DNA of 64,000 nucleotides from Escherichia coli (GTDB lineage Bacteria; Pseudomonadota; Gammaproteobacteria; Enterobacterales; Enterobacteriaceae): NCBI RefSeq assembly GCF_041886205.1, contig NZ_CP169029.1; one strand, 5' to 3'. Shown piece by piece: positions 60,134 to 64,000 of this stretch (position 1 is its first letter; each line of letters starts with the position of its first letter). The notes under the pieces were generated by a model. It saw only the letters and a program-made list of their open reading frames with translations, ran no database searches and was not told where the DNA came from. The position numbers and the translations under genes were made by a program.

Positions 60134-62572
60134 ATGGCTATCAAAAAAACCGAACTCTATTCTTCCCTGTGGGCAAGCTGCGACGAACTGCGTGGCGGGA
60201 TGGACGCCAGCCAGTACAAAGACTATGTACTGACCCTGCTGTTTATGAAGTACGTTTCCGATAAGTATAAAGGCGATCCTTACGGGATGATCGTGATACC
60301 CAAAGGAGCCAGCTTTGACGATATGGTTGCGCTGAAAAATGACAAAGAGATCGGCGATAAAATCAACAAAATCATCCACAAGCTGGCGGAAGAGAACGGC
60401 CTGAAGGGCGTCATCGACGAAGCCGACTTTAACGACGAAGATAAACTCGGCAAAGGCAAGGAAATGATTGACCGCCTGAGCAAGCTTGTCGGTATCTTTG
60501 AAGGGTTAGATCTCTCCAGCAACCGGGTCGAAGGCGACGATCTGCTGGGCGATGCCTATGAATATCTGATGCGTCACTTCGCAACCGAATCCGGCAAGAG
60601 TAAAGGACAGTTTTACACTCCGGCGGAGGTGTCACGTATTCTGGCAAAGGTGATTGGTATTACTCCCGATACGCCGCGAGATGCAACGGTTTATGACCCA
60701 ACCTGTGGCTCTGGTTCGCTGCTGTTGAAAGTGAATGATGAAGCCCGGCGCGGACTGTCGATTTTCGGCCAAGAGATGGATAACGCTACCAGTGCGCTGG
60801 CGCGGATGAACATGATTCTGCATAACAATGCCACCGCGAAAATCTGGCAGGGCAATACGCTGAGTGATCCGCAGTGGAAAGAGGCGAACGGCAAACTGAA
60901 AGCCTTCGATTTTGCCGTGGCGAACCCGCCTTTTTCCAATAAAAACTGGACCAACGGGCTGACGCCGAAAAAAGATCCGTTTGAACGCTTCGGCTGGGGT
61001 ATTCCGCCGGAAAAAAACGGCGATTATGCTTTTTTGTTGCATATCATTAAAAGCCTGAAAAGTACCGGCAAAGGCGCGGTGATCCTGCCCCACGGCGTAC
61101 TGTTTCGCGGTAACGCCGAAGCGAATATCCGTGAAAACCTAATCAAGCAGGGCTATATCAAAGGCGTTATTGGTTTGCCAGCCAACCTGTTTTACGGCAC
61201 CGGCATCCCGGCGTGCATCATTGTGATTGATAAAGAGCACGCCCACAGCCGCAAAGGCATTTTTATGATCGACGCCAGTCGGGGCTTTATCAAAGATGGC
61301 AACAAGAACCGCCTGCGTAGCCAAGATATTCACCGTATTGTGGACGTGTTCAACCATCAGCGAACGGTGCCAGGCTACAGCCGGATGGTGCCCTCCAGCG
61401 AGATCGCCGGGAATGATTACAACCTGAATATTCCTCGTTATATCGAGAGTGGAGAGCCGGAAGATTTGCACGATCTGACCGCGCACTTACAGGGCGGTAT
61501 TCCAGTGCGCGATGTAGATGCTTTGAAGGATTACTGGCGGGTATTCCCTGCCCTGCGTAATGTGCTGTTTGCTGACGACCACCCCGGTTACTGCCGGGCG
61601 CAAGTGGACGCGCAGCAGGTGAAACCGACCATTCTGGCTCATCAGGAGTTTAAGGATTTTGCCACCCGCAGCCTGCTACCGTTTAAGTCGTGGGTAAAAG
61701 AGGCAGGTCTGGAAGAGATCCGCAAAGGAGATAAACCCAAAGCGCTAATCCACGATATCAGCGAAATGCTATTGGCGCAGTACGCCAACAGTGAGTTGCT
61801 GAACAAATACAGCGTGTACCAGATCCTGATGGATTACTGGGCTGATGTCATGCAGGACGATGTGTATGTGATTATGCAGGATGGCTGGAAAGCCGCCGCG
61901 CAAATCCGCGAGCTTCAGCCGGTGAAAGGCAAAGATGGCAAAAACATCTGGAAAGAAACGCACGATTTCGAGTTTACCAAACGGCGCTACAAGGCCGATG
62001 TGCTGCCCCGTTCGCTGGTGGAAATTCGCTGTTTCCCGGAACTGCTGGATGCGCTGAACCGCGCGCAGGAGCGCAGTGAAGAAGCCAGTCGTCAGCTAGT
62101 GGAATTCATCGAGGAGCAGGCAGGGGAAGAGGATCTGCTGGCTGAGGTGAAAAACGATAAAGATAAGGTGACGCAAAAGCTGGTGAATGCCCGTCTGGCA
62201 CAGTTGAAGCCCCCCCCTGCCGACCCGGATGAGCTGGCAGTGCTGAACCGCTGTCTGGCGCTGATTAAGGCCGAGGCCAGTGCGAAAAAAGCGCTGAAAG
62301 CCGCACAGGAAGCGTTGGATCGAGCGGTATTTAAACATTATCCCACGCTGGATGAAGCAGCGATTAAAACGCTGGTAGTGCAGGATAAGTGGCTGGCAAC
62401 GTTGCAGGCAGGGATCAAAGCGGAGATAGAGCGTATTACCCAGCAACTGGCGTCGCGCGTAAAGGAGCTGGAAGAGCGTTATGCTGAACCGTTGCCAGCA
62501 CTTGAAGCCGCCGTTGAGGCGTTGAGCGAGAAAGTGGCCGGGCATTTGCGGGCGATGGGGCTGGAGTGGTGA
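60134..62572 (+). CDS. hsdM: Type I restriction-modification N6-adenine methyltransferase subunit (long form, 812 aa)
   Basis: Motif I DPTCGSGSLL and motif IV NPPF; ~300-aa C-terminal extension with heptad-like repeats. Confidence 0.9.
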   Translation: MAIKKTELYSSLWASCDELRGGMDASQYKDYVLTLLFMKYVSDKYKGDPYGMIVIPKGASFDDMVALKNDKEIGDKINKIIHKLAEENGLKGVIDEADFNDEDKLGKGKEMIDRLSKLVGIFEGLDLSSNRVEGDDLLGDAYEYLMRHFATESGKSKGQFYTPAEVSRILAKVIGITPDTPRDATVYDPTCGSGSLLLKVNDEARRGLSIFGQEMDNATSALARMNMILHNNATAKIWQGNTLSDPQWKEANGKLKAFDFAVANPPFSNKNWTNGLTPKKDPFERFGWGIPPEKNGDYAFLLHIIKSLKSTGKGAVILPHGVLFRGNAEANIRENLIKQGYIKGVIGLPANLFYGTGIPACIIVIDKEHAHSRKGIFMIDASRGFIKDGNKNRLRSQDIHRIVDVFNHQRTVPGYSRMVPSSEIAGNDYNLNIPRYIESGEPEDLHDLTAHLQGGIPVRDVDALKDYWRVFPALRNVLFADDHPGYCRAQVDAQQVKPTILAHQEFKDFATRSLLPFKSWVKEAGLEEIRKGDKPKALIHDISEMLLAQYANSELLNKYSVYQILMDYWADVMQDDVYVIMQDGWKAAAQIRELQPVKGKDGKNIWKETHDFEFTKRRYKADVLPRSLVEIRCFPELLDALNRAQERSEEASRQLVEFIEEQAGEEDLLAEVKNDKDKVTQKLVNARLAQLKPPPADPDELAVLNRCLALIKAEASAKKALKAAQEALDRAVFKHYPTLDEAAIKTLVVQDKWLATLQAGIKAEIERITQQLASRVKELEERYAEPLPALEAAVEALSEKVAGHLRAMGLEW

Positions 62573-63921
62573 TGGTGGATTTAATGGTGAATGAGCAACG
62601 GTCGGGTACGGCGGGGAAAGATGTGCCTGCGGGGTATAAGCTGACTGAGGTGGGGGTGATTCCTGAGGATTGGGTAGTAATCTCTATTGATGACTGTACA
62701 ACCAAAGTTGGTAGTGGAAAAACACCAACTGGTGGAGCATCTGTTTATATTGATAGCGGACGCCCTTTTGTCCGTAGCCAAAATGTTGATTGGGGAAGAT
62801 TAGATCTCGCCGATGTCGTACATATTACAGATGAAACCCATAACACATTCTCTGGTTCTGAAATTCAGCAAGATGATGTTTTACTCAACATAACGGGAGC
62901 ATCTATCGGCCGATGCGCTAAAGCTGATTTTAGGGTTATAGGTGGTAATGTTAACCAACATGTTTGCATCATCAGAACAGAGGCAAAAAAACTCTCCCCA
63001 TCCTTACTGGTTGAATTAATCAATTCAAATTATGGACAAAACCAGATTGATAGTTATCAAGCCGGAGGAAACAGAGAAGGACTGAATTTTTCTCAAGTTA
63101 AAAATCTTAAGTTTGCTATTACACCAAACTCCTTTGAACAAACGGAAATTGTCAGAACATTAAATGATATTAATGCATTTACTCTCGCTCTGGAAAACTT
63201 AATTGCTAAAAAACAGGCCATAAAAGCCGCTGCTATGCAACAACTACTTACCGGTAAAACCCGTTTGCCACAGTTTGCGTTGCGCAAAGATGGCTCTGCT
63301 AAGGGATATAAAAAGAGCGAGTTGGGGGAGATTCCTGAAGATTGGAATTGTATTAATCTTGGTGAGCTAGGTAATTGCATTATTGGGTTAACTTACAAAC
63401 CTGAAGATACATCTGATTATGGTACATTGGTATTACGCTCATCCAACATTCAAAATAATCACTTAGCTTATGATGATAACGTCTTCGTCAGCATAGAACC
63501 ACCTGAGCGCACAATTGTGAAAGAAGGTGATATCTTGGTATGTGTAAGAAATGGCAGTCGCCAACTTATTGGCAAATGCGCATTAATTGACAAAAATGCG
63601 CAGGGCTCAGCATTCGGTGCATTTATGTCAGTATTCCGAACTGATATATATGGATTTACATTTCACCAATTCCAGTCTGATATTATTCAAAAGCAAATCG
63701 CTGAAGTTATGGGTGCCACTATCAATCAGATAACTAACAAAGATATGTTGGGCTTTAAAATCCCATTACCTGAAAATACAGAAGAACAAGCCGCCATCGC
63801 CGCCATCCTCTCCGATATGGACAAGGAAATCCAGATCCTGCAACAGCGTCTGGACAAAACCCGCCAGCTTAAGCAAGGGATGATGCAGGAACTGTTAACC
63901 GGGAAAATCCGCTTAATATAG
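62566..63921 (+). CDS. hsdS: Type I restriction-modification specificity subunit
   Basis: Overlaps hsdM stop by 7 nt; two AT-rich target-recognition domains each preceded by GxIPEDW and separated by conserved LLTGK(T/I)RL spacers. Confidence 0.85.
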   Translation: MVMVDLMVNEQRSGTAGKDVPAGYKLTEVGVIPEDWVVISIDDCTTKVGSGKTPTGGASVYIDSGRPFVRSQNVDWGRLDLADVVHITDETHNTFSGSEIQQDDVLLNITGASIGRCAKADFRVIGGNVNQHVCIIRTEAKKLSPSLLVELINSNYGQNQIDSYQAGGNREGLNFSQVKNLKFAITPNSFEQTEIVRTLNDINAFTLALENLIAKKQAIKAAAMQQLLTGKTRLPQFALRKDGSAKGYKKSELGEIPEDWNCINLGELGNCIIGLTYKPEDTSDYGTLVLRSSNIQNNHLAYDDNVFVSIEPPERTIVKEGDILVCVRNGSRQLIGKCALIDKNAQGSAFGAFMSVFRTDIYGFTFHQFQSDIIQKQIAEVMGATINQITNKDMLGFKIPLPENTEEQAAIAAILSDMDKEIQILQQRLDKTRQLKQGMMQELLTGKIRLI

Positions 63922-63943
63922 AAGGGAAAGCACATGGCTTATG

Positions 63944-64000
63944 ATTACAGCGCCAGCCTCAACCCGCAAAAAGCTCTGATCTGGCGTATCGTCCATCGGG
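63944..64000 (+). CDS. Start of unidentified gene downstream of hsdS (truncated by window end)
   Basis: ATG at 63944 preceded by AGGGAAAG; MAYDYSASLNPQKALIWRIVHR; not recognisable as an HsdR N-terminus. Confidence 0.4.

Larger units (their letters stand above)
44005..64000. mobile_element. Genomic island inserted at the 3' end of serX (CP4-like cryptic prophage module + Ag43 + orphan genes + type I R-M); extends beyond window
   Basis: Starts directly after the tRNA; gene content is accessory (TA, antirestriction, autotransporter, R-M); replaces the K-12 neighbour of serX; no integrase in window. Confidence 0.75.

Overview
This window is an Escherichia coli-type chromosomal segment in two parts. 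Positions 1-44 kb are conserved core genome in K-12-like order: the 3' end of rne, the flagellar flgLKJIHGFEDCB / flgAMN cluster, murJ-yceM-yceH-rimJ, mdtH, grxB, yceB, pyrC, dinI, bssS, solA, yceO, yceJ, yceI, yceA, lpxL, mdtG, msyB, yceK, opgHG / opgC, clsC-ymdB, ymdA, the divergent curli operons csgBAC / csgDEFG, ycdZYX, ghrA and tRNA-Ser (serX). From the 3' end of serX to the window end (44-64 kb) lies a horizontally acquired island with no integrase or transposase in view. It carries a CP4-like cryptic-prophage module (CbtA/CbeA toxin-antitoxin, YeeT, RadC-like, KlcA-like antirestriction, DUF932-like and membrane proteins), an antigen 43 autotransporter with its three-GATC Dam/OxyR phase switch, a YeeP-family GTPase, and a type I restriction-modification hsdM/hsdS pair with an unusually long HsdM followed by a truncated gene of unknown identity. 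The best candidate for an undescribed system is a visibly AT-rich pair of convergent orphan genes at 56.9-58.9 kb (a 172-aa protein with an R-x5-H HEPN-like motif and a 459-aa protein with no motif I recognise), flanked by a ~1 kb apparently non-coding gap. All family assignments are from reading the translations and recalling known proteins; no database search was run, and coordinates of small regulatory sites may be off by a few bases.
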